Part shown: positions 38,201-57,615 of the stretch, one piece after another
Layout: every line of letters starts with the position of its first letter
How positions within the stretch are numbered: position 1 is the stretch's first letter
Source: Paraspadella gotoi
Taxonomy: Eukaryota > Animalia > Chaetognatha
Direction: 5' to 3'
NCBI GenBank assembly: GCA_051294375.1
Contig: CM119264.1
Location: 27,167,340 to 27,231,339, forward strand
DNA: 64,000 nt
Position numbers and translations under genes: made by a program
The notes under the pieces: generated by a model
Seen by the model: the letters and a program-made list of their open reading frames with translations, nothing else
Told to the model about the DNA's origin: nothing
The model's database searches: none

Positions 38201-38543
38201 CTCCTCCACCCGAGTACAAACGCCTCGGCGCCTGATAGTGAGACCCGCCTCCGTCTTCCAATTCTTCCACCGTCTTCTCTCTCTCTCTCTCCCACTCTCT
38301 CTCTCTCTCTGACGTCAACGTTTCGGTCTCCGTTCCATTCCAGCCGCCGCCGCCGCCGCCGGCGTCTCCAACCCGACTCCCGTGGCGTTGCGTCACCGAG
38401 GCGGCAACCGCGCCACGGGGCGTGGTCCAGAACCGATGACGTTGTTGTTGGCGTGGGCAGGAGGAGGACGACGATGAACCTAGAGAAAGAACCGGGGTTG
38501 GCTCTCGCTTTTTTTTTTCCTTTTTTTTCTTTCTTTTGCGCAT
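35243..38543 (-). CDS. Low-complexity (G/Q/N/P-rich) multi-exon protein with a probable coiled coil; exons ~38543-37265, 36639-36460, ~36027-35740, ~35580-35243
   Basis: 478-aa ORF, GT/AG sites bounding GC-rich islands, VVRQEIGQLQQHLA and KIESLESKLE/LLRKQEVI segments. Reading frames are ambiguous because of likely errors. Confidence 0.5.
36140..36400 (+). repeat. Repeat element with degenerate CCTAAC/CCTTAA array; inverted copy at ~36990-37217
   Basis: TTCCGAAAGTCCCCCATTT (36184) vs AAATGGGGGGCTTTCGGAA (37169), each adjoining a TTAGGG-like degenerate array. Confidence 0.6.
36869..36916. repeat. Perfect 48-bp palindrome inside a ~115-bp imperfect hairpin
   Basis: AATTTATTTGTTTTTATCAACGAATTCGTTGATAAAAACAAATAAATT. 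Confidence 0.95.
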
Positions 38544-38592
38544 AATGGCGCGCTATATTGCTATAATCTCTCGCCGCCGCTTGTCTTTCTCT

Positions 38593-38679
<87 letters not shown>

Positions 38680-38854
38680 CTCTCTTCTCTCCTCTGCTTT
38701 CTTACTATCACGCTCTCGCACTCTCCCGCTAAATTTGGCGTAGGAGGGAGTTTATTCACAAAAAGAAACGGTCTTCACTCTTCTGTATCGGGAGGGGAAT
38801 AATTAAGGACGTCAAACATTTATTTTTACAGCAAAGTACAAAAGCCGTTATTTG

Positions 38855-41530
38855 TCACAATTGCTCTAATAGATAGCACGAGCCAATCGGAAACCTTTTT
38901 CGATCAAGTGACATTTTCGAACATTCGCTCGTTTTCAGCCGATTTCCCTCAATTTCACACTGACCTTCGTTTTGGTTGTCAAGACAACCGAACGCCGCGC
39001 CCGACGGCGTCTCGTCCACGGAGGTTTCGATAAAGACCGGATGGGATCTGGAAGAGGTCAACGGTCCAAATGGCTGCGGGCCGGAACGGCCGGGCATCGG
39101 CGAATGATGGTAGGAACAATAAGTGTTGGCGTTCTCGTCATCGTGGTTGTAGGAGCGATCGCGTAGCGGAAACTGGTGGGTGGAGCCGCGGTCTCGATCG
39201 CGATGCGAAGGCCGGGCGAAGGAGCAATCTTTTTCCCAATTTCGACGGGTCTGTGGGCCTAAAGATCGATCCTGATTGGTCGAGGCTTGGGCAAAGGAGC
39301 GATCCTGATTGGTCGAGCCTTGGGCGAAAGATCGATCCTGATTGGTCGAGGCTTGGGCGAACGAGCGATCCTGGCCAACTGATTGGTCGGCGGAGCGATC
39401 GAGGGGCAGCGATTGGTTGAAGGTCCGATCGTGAGACGAGGATTGACAAGATCGAGGGGAGTGTTGATAAGAACCGTCGTTGGAGGATGTTGGGGGATGG
39501 AGCAGGGCGGTGCTGGAGGAATCCCTGGATGGAAGGTTGAAAGGGTTGAGTTACAACTGGAAGATTTAATAATTAATATTGACAAATTTTAATTATTAAA
39601 GGACGATTTATGAAAAATGAAAATAACCTCAGATCAGACGCATAAGATCAATGTCGATTACCGTCTACCGCAATACAAAAATTTGCAATTTGAAAGAAAG
39701 CAAAATCCATCCAATGCTTGAACTTACCATATTTCAGTAAAAATCAACAGTTATGATCTCGTATGTAGAAAAAAAATTTATTTTTAACCAAGATATAATG
39801 TTCAAAAGTTTCGGTTTGACTTTGTTTTGTCTTCGGAAATTACTTTTTAACTCCTTCAGTCGCAGTTTTGTTTGATGTCTAATTGTCTAATTGTCTAATT
39901 GCAGGTACTGAATAAACCATGATGAATTTAAAATATACTAACGCACATACATATTTCGCCATTCCACTTTTCTACACCATCGCAGAGGAATCAAACTCAA
40001 GAAATGAAATCGGATCAAAGACTCGAGTAAAATCCGCCGGAAGTAGAATGGAACTCTCTCATTGGCCAGGAGACAAATGGCACCAGCCTGGAATTTGACA
40101 CCGTCTTGTTATTGTCTATTTTCTAAGAATCAAATCCCTCTTTGGTTTCATATTGAAATCCCTGTCTACTTACTTAAATGTGGTGGCAGCGGTGCGATTC
40201 GAACGCACGCCTCCGAAGATCACAACAACGACAATTAAAAAAAAAGGACAACCCTCCTCACTGAGTCCTCAGTTGCCCTCACTGAGTCCTCACTGAGTCC
40301 TCACTGAGTCCTCACTGAGTCCTCACCGAGTCCTCAGTTGCCCTCACCGTTTTCCCAAATCCTCTCTCGGAATCGTTTGTCGAATCGTCTTTTTTCTCGT
40401 CGGCGGCTGAGGACTGAAGAACTCCCTCCTTCCGCTCCCGTGCCCGACGGGTCGGGTCATCCCGCGCGGAGGGTTCGCCCGTCTCGGCGTCGACGTGGAA
40501 GTCGGGCTTTGATAGAAGTCGATGCGTTCGGCGCCGAGCAAGGGATCGTCCGCGTCGGGATCCGGGTCGTCGTCGCCGGGGTCTCCTCCTTCTCCGCCAC
40601 GCCCGCCCCCTTCGCTCGATCGGGCCGTCAACGCGCTGTCGGACAAGAGTCGGGCGAGCTGTTGCGGCGTGAAGAGAGGGAGTTGGTCGGAAGCTGTGAG
40701 GACGGGGCGCATCTCCACCGAAGTCCCGTCCGCGTCGCGATATCTGATTGGACGGATCGAGTCAATGGTGAAGAAAATATTTGAGAATGACTCTTAACAT
40801 TTCATTTCTATTAAAAATAAGAGATTATTATCTAAAGGTATAAGCTATTTCAAAATCTTGAGTGAGAAAGAAATTGTGATTATGAAAGTATATTTCCCCC
40901 CCCCTCGTTTTATTTTCTTTTTTTCATTTTAATTAATTTCAAAATTGATACATCATAAAGCTTTGATATTCATTAACCCATTAAAATTTAGTAAAGCTCA
41001 AAATAAATTATCTTAAACGACGCGACCGACCGACCGAACCGACGACCGACCGACCGACCGACCGACCGACCGACCGGACCGACCGACGACCGACCGACCG
41101 ACGACGACCGACCGACCGACCGACCTGCCGGATCGAAATCGCTGCGACGCCGCGCCGCCTTCCACGTAGTCGGCGTCGTCCCTCGTCGCCATCGGCGTCG
41201 CCGGCGCCGACAACGAAGTCGCGCCGTAAAATATGGCGCCGTCGTCGTCGTCGTTGTCGTCGCCGTCGTTGCGATACGAAAAGTCGTTGTAGAAACGCGG
41301 AAAAACCATCTCGTTGATGTTGCTGTTGTTAACGTTGCCGTTGGGGTTGACGCGGTTGTTGAGAACGCCGTTGTTGACGTTGTTGTTGCTGCCGCAGCCG
41401 CTGTTGTTGTTGTTGTTGACGATGGCCCGATGGGTACAGGTGGAGGCGTGACGTTGAAGGGACGAATGATACGAGGAGAGATGAGGGAAGGAAGTTTGGG
41501 AATGACGGAGCCAAGCAGATGCCGCTGCAC
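38855..41530 (-). CDS. 3' exons of a low-complexity protein (41530-41125, 40743-40348, 39556-38855); upstream exons possibly at ~44106-44800
   Basis: Phase-2 GT-AG junctions join the 41013, 40344 and 39259 ORFs in frame. Contains a 33-bp coding repeat (PKPRPIRIDLS) at ~39262-39395. Frameshifts in the last exon. Confidence 0.55.
40181..40219 (-). pseudogene. 3' half of tRNA-Leu including the CCA end
   Basis: Minus strand TCTTCGGAGGCGTGCGTTCGAATCGCACCGCTGCCACCA matches the variable arm, T-arm and acceptor 3' strand of eukaryotic tRNA-Leu (AAG/TAG type), plus CCA. Confidence 0.75.
40255..40347. repeat. 11-bp minisatellite CCTCACTGAGT (~8 units) at an intron 5' end
   Basis: Visible tandem array. 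Reads CA/CG|GTGAGG-like on the minus strand. Confidence 0.9.
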
Positions 41531-42244
41531 CTGTTGGGGAAAAAAATGAGGTCGGGAGGTTAGAGGAAAGAGAGAGAGAGAGAGAGAGAGAGAGTGAGAG
41601 AGAGAGTGAGAGAGAGAGAGAGAGAGAGAGTGAGTACACACAGTCACGCACAGAAAGAAATAGGGTATAAAAAGTGACAGATAATAAGGAATTTCAGGGA
41701 TTTAGTGAAAGATCTAAGGTTCTCGTGATTTGATTTTAGTTATTTTTACACAGATATTCAACAAAACTGTAACTTTTTTTGTTGTTACTATGAGGTGATG
41801 GTAAAGTAACATCTTGATTTTTAAAAAATAAAATTATTCTTAAATACACCTGTAGAAAATTCGTATTTCAACTTTGTCCTGATTATATCAAAACTTTACC
41901 CAAAATCTGAACTATGATTCTTGACCTGAAAATTCGGACCCAACTTTGTCTAGTGATTAGGTTGCAGATATTTTGAGTTTTCGTTAGATGGAAACCAGAA
42001 ACAAAAATTCTAAATAATTTTAGCTCGAAATCAAAACTTAATCTTTATTAATAAATGAGACAAGTATTTTTAAAAAGTTACAGTTTCATTGGATATTTGG
42101 TTAAACGTTACAGGGTTTGCCCTGGTGAGTCACATAAAACTAAGACAACCTCCGCTTTTTCTCCTTGCAACGTTTTTTTTTATTCCACCGAGAAAATGAT
42201 TCTCGGTGTTCAATTTTTCACAACCAAATCCATCAAGGAGAAAA

Positions 42245-42511
42245 GAGAAGGAACCGCGGATTGGAAGGAATGAAGGAAGAAAGGAAGGAAAAAAGGAAAG
42301 AATGAAAGAAGGAAGGAAGGACAAAAAGAAAGAATGAAGGAAGAAAGGAAGGAAAAGAGGAAAGAATGAAGGAAGGAAGGAAGGAAGGACAAAAAGAAAG
42401 AATGAAGGAAGGCAGGAAGGAAAAGAGGAAAGAATGAAGGAAGAAAGAAAGGAAAAAAGGAAAGAATGAAGGAAGGAAGGAAGGAAAAGAGGAAGGAAAA
42501 ATTGAAAGAAT

Positions 42512-42580
<69 letters not shown>

Positions 42581-42608
42581 AGGAAAGAAAGAACGAAAGA
42601 AAGAACGA

Positions 42609-42672
<64 letters not shown>

Positions 42673-42702
42673 GAGAAAGAAAGAAAGAGAGAAAGAAAGA
42701 AA
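42245..42702. repeat. (GAAG)/(AAAG)n microsatellite. Other simple repeats: (CGAC)n 41024-41124, (GATT)n 46860-46930, (GA)n 47322-47643 and many others, (ATTTC)n 47840-47980, (ATG)n 48887-48988, (AGAAT)n 49757-50115
   Basis: Direct inspection. Confidence 0.95.
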
Positions 42703-43099
42703 AAGTGAATGAATTAAATATTTTGAACGAGGGTTTTTCCAGTAAAAGAAAACTCTAAACGAGAAAGAAAAGAATATTGGGGGAAAAGGTGAAATAAGTC
42801 GAGCGAAAAGAAGAAACGTGACTCAAAACTAAAGCGGACGATTTTCCGTCTAATCGTTGGTCCTCGTCCGTTGATCGCTCGTCCGAAAAAAACTCATTTA
42901 TTTCCATTATTTGTTTTCTTACAAAATTAAAATTCTGAACCTCAGACCCGCTTATCGGTGGTAAATTGGCCATTGAATCTGAAACAACTCCTGATTTTAG
43001 CACTATAAACTATAGTACATAGGAGAAATACTAAATGCATATTCTCCACTCAACAACTTCAAAGTATTTTTTAAAGTCCTTGTCAGATATCTCAAAGCC

Positions 43100-43420
43100 T
43101 CCAACCCATCCCACCGTTGAAATGCTCTATCCCAAACCCTTTATGCCACCCAGCCATTGGATAACGGTATCCCTCAGCCTCCAACCCGTCCAAGCGTTGC
43201 AGCGCTCTATCCCAAACCCTTTACGCCATTCAACCGTTGCAGCCCGCTATCCCAAACCCTCCAATCCATCAAACCATTGCAGCTCTCTATCCCAAACCGC
43301 CTAGTCCTTTTAAACATTGTATCCGTTCTAACCATTTAAACCGTCCAATCCATCTAACCATTACTTCCCGCTATCCCAAACCCTCCAAATCCATTTTCAG
43401 GCCGCTAACCCAAACCGCAT
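43100..43420. repeat. Degenerate minisatellite with core CTATCCCAAACCC (~6 units)
   Basis: Core recurs near 43127, 43207, 43247, 43287 and 43372. Confidence 0.7.
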
Positions 43421-43975
43421 TCCTTTTTCCAACGATTAAAACGATTTTTTCCCCTCGTTTCACTGTTGCTTCGTTGTCGAACAACGAAATCGACAACAGA
43501 ATTCGGATTTCGATTTTTTTTTTTCCCCTTTTTCTTTTTTCTTTCTCCTCTAATCCTGACGTCGGCGAATCTTTTCTTCGCCAACAAAAGCGAGAATGCG
43601 TTGGGTCGGTTGATGGGATGAGGGGAAGAGAGGGAGGGAGAGAGGGAGGGAGAGAGAAATGAAGAGAGAGAGGAAGAGTGAGAGGAGAGAGGGGAGGAAA
43701 GAAAGATCGGCAGAAAATAAAAGAAAATAAGGGAAGGGGAGAGAGAAAATATAGAAAGAAGAAGAAGAATAGGGGAAAAAGGAAATAAAAAGAAAGAAAA
43801 TAATAAAACGGAGAAAAGTGTTTGGAAGAAGGAGAAATTTGCGAGCCGTAGATGCTCTGAGTGAAATAATGGTTAACATACAAAGATAAAAAGATAAGCG
43901 TAAAACAGAGAAAAACCAAGCGAGAGAGAGAGAGAAAAGAGAGAAATAAAAAATATAGGAAGAGAGAGAGAGAGA

Positions 43976-44027
<52 letters not shown>

Positions 44028-44053
44028 AGAGAGAGGAGAGAGAGGGGAAGAGA

Positions 44054-44094
<41 letters not shown>

Positions 44095-45111
44095 ATTCTT
44101 AATGACCTTGTAAAGAAAGCCTTGAGCGATTCGTGGTTCTTCATTTTTTAAGGAGAGAGGACGAAATAAATAATGTCATCCAGAACAAGGACGACAAAAG
44201 AAGAGCGAGCCAAGTCCTTCTACCCGTATGGTTGAGTGGCGTACTCCTCCTTCAGTAGGACCTCAACGTCTAACGCCTTCGCCGCCATTTCGCGCGGGAA
44301 AATAAATAGAGGGCGCTGGTCCTGATCACCAGATATCTCATCCCCAGTGCAAAGGTTGCTGCTCTCGCCGCAGCAGCCGCGCCGCTGTCGCTGCAGTTTC
44401 GGCAGCGCAGGCTTTTGTGATGGAGTCGGTGACGCGAGTTGTGATCGCGTGACTTTTGAGTTGAAACGACGAAGTCTCTCTGTCTCAGTCTGAGAGGAAA
44501 GAATCGATCTGACTTCTCTTTTCGACTCGATGCCGGATTTCGTTTTCTTTCTCTTCATCTTCGTCTCTTTTCTCATGCGATTCTCAACTCTTTTCTCATT
44601 TAATTCTCATCTCTCAACTTTTTCTCTCCCCACGGGGTCAAGCGACATCGTCACTCGTCTTTCCTCCGAGGATCTCTTCCATAGGCGACACAGTCTGGAC
44701 TCGTTCCAGTCTGAGCCCAACCCAGTCTGGGTCTGTCTCAGTTTCGGCCCATCCCAGTCTAAGGGCGTCCCAGTCTGAGCCCGTCGCGGAGTCCCGCTCT
44801 TCTCATCTCAATTGTGAAAGTCCGAGATTTGATGTTATGAATGTTATGTATATTTTTATTTACATATTCAGCTATTTCGGTATCTCTCCATAGCAACAGT
44901 GATATTCTTCATCCAGTTTCTTTAACATTCATTTCTTCTGTTTCTGTTCCTCTTTCTGTTTCTCTTTCCGTCTCGCTCTCTATCCTTCTCTCTCATTTGG
45001 GAGAGGGCATCGACTGTTGAGTTAGTGGGCGAAGGGTTCGGGACATCAGCCTAAAAGTTTAGACGAGGAGACGAAAACTCTTTTTTGGTCGCTTCGTCGT
45101 CTCTTTATTTC

Positions 45112-45202
<91 letters not shown>

Positions 45203-45751
45203 CTCTCTCTCGCTCTCCCTCTCTCTCTCCTCTCTCTCTCTCTCTCCATCCTCTTCTCTCCTCCGAAAAGTCAATAAAAGAAATTCCTTTTTTTCGTCTC
45301 CTGATTCGTCGAATTTTTTGAGCCAATCAGAGAGCTGAACTAGCATTGCCGATTTTTTTTTTTTTTTTTTGTAACAAATAACAAAACAAGCAGCCTTAAT
45401 TTTTTGCAAACTTATCTAAAAAGTCTTTTTTCTCAGCCAAAACGTCAGCCAAATCCCTTCAGCCCAAAGAAACGATCAGGGTTTTTCTTCTGGACGATTA
45501 GAATCTAGATTCAGTGTTGCCTTTACATTTCCAAATGTACCACCACCCCACAATCCCTGCCAGCCCCACACCCCCATCCCACCCCAGCCACTCCACCTAA
45601 CCACCACCGACAGTCCGACAAACTCCGAACCATTTCGTTTCTCTCCAGCTTCGTTCTACGCGGGGTTGAAGCAGTTTAAAGTCTTAGTGGTTGGCGTTAT
45701 GGCTGGAGAGAGAGTGATAGGAAGAGAGAGAGGGTGAGATAGAGAGAGAAC

Positions 45752-45819
<68 letters not shown>

Positions 45820-45899
45820 TGAGAGAGGGTGAGATAGAGAGAGAGCGAGAGAGAGAGAGAGAGAGAAAGCAAGAAAGTAAGGAGAGAGAGTGATAATGA

Positions 45900-46858
45900 C
45901 TACTCCTCTGACAGGCTCACGTACTCCACCTCGGGCGCTCCGCCTCCAACGCCTTCTTGATCACGACCACTCTCTTTTACCAAATCACTTTGCTCGAATT
46001 CACCCCATCACATCTTCTTTTTCTTATAAAAATTGGTTCAACCAATATAAAATTATCCATTCATCTATTAAGTAAGCTATCTTGCCCCTGACTTTGGACA
46101 GGCTTCAGTGATTTAAGGCCTCTGTCATTCTTACAAGATAATGACAAAGCTGGTCTCTGCAAGCTCTCAAGCAAGTCTCTCTTACTGTCTCGTTTATTCA
46201 CTCCCAGATTGCCTGGCTTCCCTATCAATGCAGTGGTATAATATTTAAAACAATTTTGAAGTATTATTTCATTTCAATTCAATATAAATATCAATTATCA
46301 TTATTCAACTTTCAACCATTCTTCCAATATTTTTTTCTTTTCCTCGTCTTTGCAATATCTTTTCACACCACCATCTTGACCCTCTCGTCTTTCCACCTTC
46401 TTCCTTTCCACCTTCCGCCCTTCACCTTCTCCGGCCCTCCCTCCCCTTTCCTCGTCCCCACTTCCCCACCTCCCCACCTCCCTATTTCCCCACTGACCTG
46501 CGGCGGCGTCTCCGCCTCCCAAAAAGATTCGCTCCCCGAATTCGTTCATCTCTTCGTTCATCTCATCGTTCGCCTCCAAAGTTTCGCCTCCTCCTCCTCC
46601 TCCTCCTCCTCCTCTGCTGGGCGATCGTGGTGACGAACTGATAACAAAATAAACGATTATGTTCTCGACATTTTTCCCGCAATATTTCATTCCTTCGGGT
46701 TTTTTTTACTCCCGTTTTGTTGTGTTATAAATCTTCTCGTTAAAAAAGCAAAAATTTGATTTTGATTAATAGAAACGTATTAATAATGTAGAAGGAATTA
46801 ATAAATTCAGTGTAGAATTTATTGATGGATTGATTAAATTAAATCGATCGATAGATTA

Positions 46859-46932
<74 letters not shown>

Positions 46933-47356
46933 CGATTGATAGATGGATTGATTGATAGATGGATTGATTGAATGATTGAACGACTGATCGATTGATTGCC
47001 CGATTTATTGATTGCTCGATTGCTTGATTGCTCGATTGATTGCTTGCTTGATTGCTTGATTAATTGATCGATCCCACCTCCTTCCTGACGAAGCGCTCTC
47101 CGTTCTTTCTCTCGACCATCTGCCCGACGCTTTGGCCGCTTTCCGCAATCTCTTGTTGCAACCGACGACGACGGCGACGAAGACAACGCCGGCGACGACG
47201 ACGACGGCGACGCAGACGATGACGAGTCGAATGACGGCGCCGCCTCGCAGGGCGGCGTTCCCCATTGCGGCGTCGGCGGCGCTCCCGTTGACGCCGCTCG
47301 ACGAGGAGACTTGACGTCTCGGAGAGAGAGAGAGAGATGGAGAGAGAGAGAGAAGG

Positions 47357-47427
<71 letters not shown>

Positions 47428-47454
47428 AGAAAGAGAGAGAGAGAGAGAAGAGAA

Positions 47455-47496
<42 letters not shown>

Positions 47497-47520
47497 GAGA
47501 AGAGAAGAGAGAGGAGAGGA

Positions 47521-47552
<32 letters not shown>

Positions 47553-47559
47553 TAGAGAT

Positions 47560-47647
<88 letters not shown>

Positions 47648-50420
47648 TTTTTTATTGGAGGTGGGGCACGGGGAAGAAAAGAGCGAGAAAGAGAAAATTA
47701 GGGAAAAGATGAAGAGAAAAAAAAAGGAAGGGAGAATATTTAGGGAAAAAATGGAGGAAGAAGAAAATTGGTAGAGAGAAAAGAAGGAAATAAAGGAAAA
47801 GGAAAGGAGAAAGATAATTAATTAAGAAAAGAAAGGGGATTTCATTTCCTTTAATTTCATTTCTCTTTATTTCATTTCATTTTATTTCATTTCTCTTTAT
47901 TTCATTTCGTTTCGTTTCATTTCGTTTCGTTTCATTTAATTTCTCTTTAATTCATTTCATTTCGTTTCATTTCATTTCACTTCAGTTATTTTCAATTCCA
48001 GAACGAAACGGTTAGAGAATTAGCAATAGGTTAGAGAAAGGCAAAGAGGAGAGGGAAAGGAAAAAGGTAAGTGAAGTCCAAGTGGGAGGATGTGAGGCAA
48101 AAAAAAACAAGGCGGAAATTGAAATTGATGAGCGCATCGTGCGAAGTCGATTAATTCTCACCAGATCTCGTCCGCTGCAAACCCTTACCCCAAAACGCCA
48201 CCTCGTCCAGTTTTAACTCCGATCGCCATCTCGACCCGCTGCATTTTTCGCCGCTGCTTCGTAAGTTCCCTCCCCTAAGATCTCTCTCACTTGATCCGAT
48301 TCCACCATAAAACCTCACCTTGAAAGTAGATAACTCACCTTCATTTATGACAATAAAACAAAATAACTAGTTCAACAAACAACTTTGTTTTCTCTTAATC
48401 TTACCGCAACAAAACAGACCAGAACTCACCCTATGCCCCCCAAACCCCAACCTCAACCCCAACTGCAACGTCAACTCCAATTTCAACCCAACCCCAATCC
48501 CAACTCAAACCCCAACCCCAACTCCAACCCCAACTCCAAACCCCAACCCCAAACACCAGTCTTTTCGAACAACTCTTGTTTTGTTTTCGCTTTTGTTCTA
48601 TTTTTTTGTTTCATCGTCCGATGGAATAAAACAATTTTCGCTTCTACTCGGTACCACATGTGCGCAACCGCCTTTTTGGTTCGACTTGTAACTATTAAAC
48701 TCGTTTTCAAATCGATTTTTAAACCATTTAATTCTTTTTTTTAAAAACGTCACCCATAAAAAGGCGAGAGACTTTTTCGCTCCCTTTTCTCCCGGGCGAT
48801 TTGAACGTGAGTAAAGTGGATTTTTCTTCAAAGAGGAAATTTTTCTCCAAGAAATTGTTGTTGTTATTTTTATTGTTATTGTTGTTGATGACGATGATCA
48901 TAATGCTGCTGATGATGATGATGATTTTGATGATGATGATGATGATTTTGATGATGACAACGATGATAATGATGACGATGACGATGATAAAGATCACCTC
49001 AAATCCGGCGTTGGCGCAGTTCGGTGTCGGAATGACGGCGTTTTCAGCTCCGGCGCTTTTGTTGTAAAGAAATCCTTCCGTCAGATTTAGCAAATCCTGG
49101 AAATAAAAGAAAAATAAAAGGAAAATAAAAGAAAAAAGACGAAACGGAAAGGATAAGAGAATCGATGAAAGTCCTGTACCTCGCGACTCTTTTTAACAGT
49201 TTTTCGCGCAAACTAATTAGTCAACATGACTATCGTCTTAACTTGAGGCTTCTAAGCCTAAAGTGGGTCGGACCGACCCTGAAATCCCAACTGACCAGTG
49301 ACCAATAGCCAAGCCTTTAACAATCTTCTTTCAAATATGATAAACATAAGAAGAAAAATTATTCCGTTCGTAAAGCAACTATGCCAGGTACAATAAAATA
49401 TTTAAATATTATTTGAAATACTAGATCATTACACTTTCAGTGAATAATAAAAAATAATAAATAATAATAAATAATAAAAGAAAACTTCCAAGAAAACCGT
49501 AATAAAGACAAGAAATATAATCCAAACCGCTACAATATTGTAAACGAAATTAAGAAATTCAATGTCATTTTTACCTGAATGCTGATGTGTTTGGGCAAAT
49601 ACTCGACGCCGATCAAAGTGATGTTCCGCATCGGCGCGTCCACCAACTTCTTGTTCTGATCTTCGACGAACGAAGCCAAGTTGATCTTCCCCTCCTTTTT
49701 GGATCCTTGGGGGTCGGGGGTGAATGGGGGAAGGGCCTGGGAGGGGGAGGGGGAAGAGAATAGAGAAGAAAAGTGTATAGAGAATAGACAATAAAGAATA
49801 GACAACAAAGATTAGAGAATAGAGAAGGAAAAAGAAAAGAAAATAAATAGGGAAAGTGAATAGAGAATAGGGAAGAGAAGTAAATAGAGAATAGACAATA
49901 GAGAATAAAGAAGGAAGGAGAATAGAGAATGAAAATGAATAGAAAAAATAGGAAAAGAGAATAGAGAATAGAGAAGGAAAGAGAATAGAGAATTGGGAAT
50001 AGAGAATTGAGAATGGAGAGAAAAAGAGTATAGAGAATATACAATAGAAAATAGACAATAGACAATAGAGAATAAAGAATAGAGGAGAAACGAGAATGGA
50101 CAGTAGAGAATAGAGAAGAAGATGAAGAAAGGGAGATAGTAAAGAACGTTGGATGGAAAAATAAAATAGTATTTAAAATATTCACAATAAGGAATTAACG
50201 AGGTGATCACGTGACGATACAAGTACGAACCATGTTTCATGATTCAACACCTATCTGCCAAGTATTAATCAAAATGAATAAGAATTACGGGAGTTAATTC
50301 GCGTTTGAAAATAAGAGGGACAGACCCACAGACCGACCGACCGACCGACCTACACCCACGTGTACTCGCGGCGTAACTAAAATAGTAACAAAGGAAAAAA
50401 AAAAAACGCGTCGAGAAGCG
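45900..50420 (-). CDS. Type I single-pass membrane protein; exons ?-50350, 49705-49575, 49096-48998, 48318-48162, 47309-47078, 46637-46498, 46022-45900
   Basis: Six consecutive phase-compatible GT-AG introns. TM helix VIRLVIVCVAVVVVAGVVFVAVVVGC followed by NKRLRK. Tail ends PEVEYVSLSEE* (needs removal of one G from a G-run). Start codon not found. Confidence 0.7.
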
Positions 50421-50948
50421 GAACGAAAAGATGACTGATTGATGGCCGTTTGGAAGAAAAAAAAATGAACGGAACCTCGATCTGGCACTGGCACTGGCAA
50501 TGACCTTTTCTTTCACCCCCAACTCCCCACATCCCCTAACCCTTTCCTCTCTCCCTAACGACACCCCCTTTCCACCCTCGTAACACAATCGGACAGTTTT
50601 TCCGCTTTTCTACCATCAACTTTTTTTTTTTTTATATTTTAAATCGAGTTTCATTCGAACGACGAATAAAATTGCATTTCAATCAGGTTTTTCTCTCCGC
50701 GACGGATGGACGAGCGGTGGGGTGAAGTGGGAGGCAGGGGCGATATGATGAACAGAAGGGCGAGGAAGTGAGGGGGTGAGGAGGTAGGGGCGATATGAGG
50801 AACAGAAGGGCGGGGTGGTAGGGCGTTATGACGAAGAAGGGTCGAGGGAGCGAGATGATATGACGGAGTTGGGGTTAACGCTAAAAATAGTGGTCGCTAC
50901 GGTTGTTTTAACTGGGAAGTAAAGTAGTTTTCTTGTCATCTATGAGCA

Positions 50949-56927
<5,979 letters not shown>

Positions 56928-57268
56928 TGATGTCGTCGTCGTCGTCGTCGTCGTCCGTTCAAGTGCTCAATATTATCGCCGGGAATTTTTCTTTTTCTCT
57001 CTTTCTCTTTCTTTCCCTTTTCGGCAGATTAGATTCTGGGTTTTATTTTGTTTTCATTCGTCATTTTATCATCGTAAGAACCGAAGAATTGTTTTTGGTT
57101 TTTTGGGTTTTTTTTGTTTGGTTTTTTTTTCTAACGTTTTCGAAAGGAGAGAAAACTTAAGTTATTCTTGTTACCTTGGCGACTGAGCAGTTATGTTGTC
57201 AAACGTCGTTGCTGTCTAAAAAGAATGGGGTGAGAAAGATTTTTAGTCTTATCAGCAGATGCCGACTC

Positions 57269-57306
<38 letters not shown>

Positions 57307-57615
57307 GTCTATAATCCACTTTGTCGATCCGTCGGTCCGCCCCCTCAATCTTGTCGGTCATTATCTTAAATCATGTCAGAACATCGAATTATGATAAATT
57401 ATGCAAAAAAAATTATGTCCGTCCGTCCGTCCCCTCAAAATAACATTTTATGAAGGCATCAATATTAGCGATGAACGCTTTATCTCTTTACCGATCTCCA
57501 TGGAGACGAGCGAACAACAATCAATAACAAGGTCGATACAAAATCGTTGAAAAAAAGTTTTTTTCTCCAATTTTTTTTTCTTTTTTCCCGATTTTTTGAT
57601 TTTTTTGATTCGAAG

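Noticed and set aside
42510-47712. ER/RE/SL/KKER-repeat ORFs (also at 23945, 38536, 52028, 53165 and 61060)
   Set aside because: Translations of (GA)n and (AAAG)n microsatellites.
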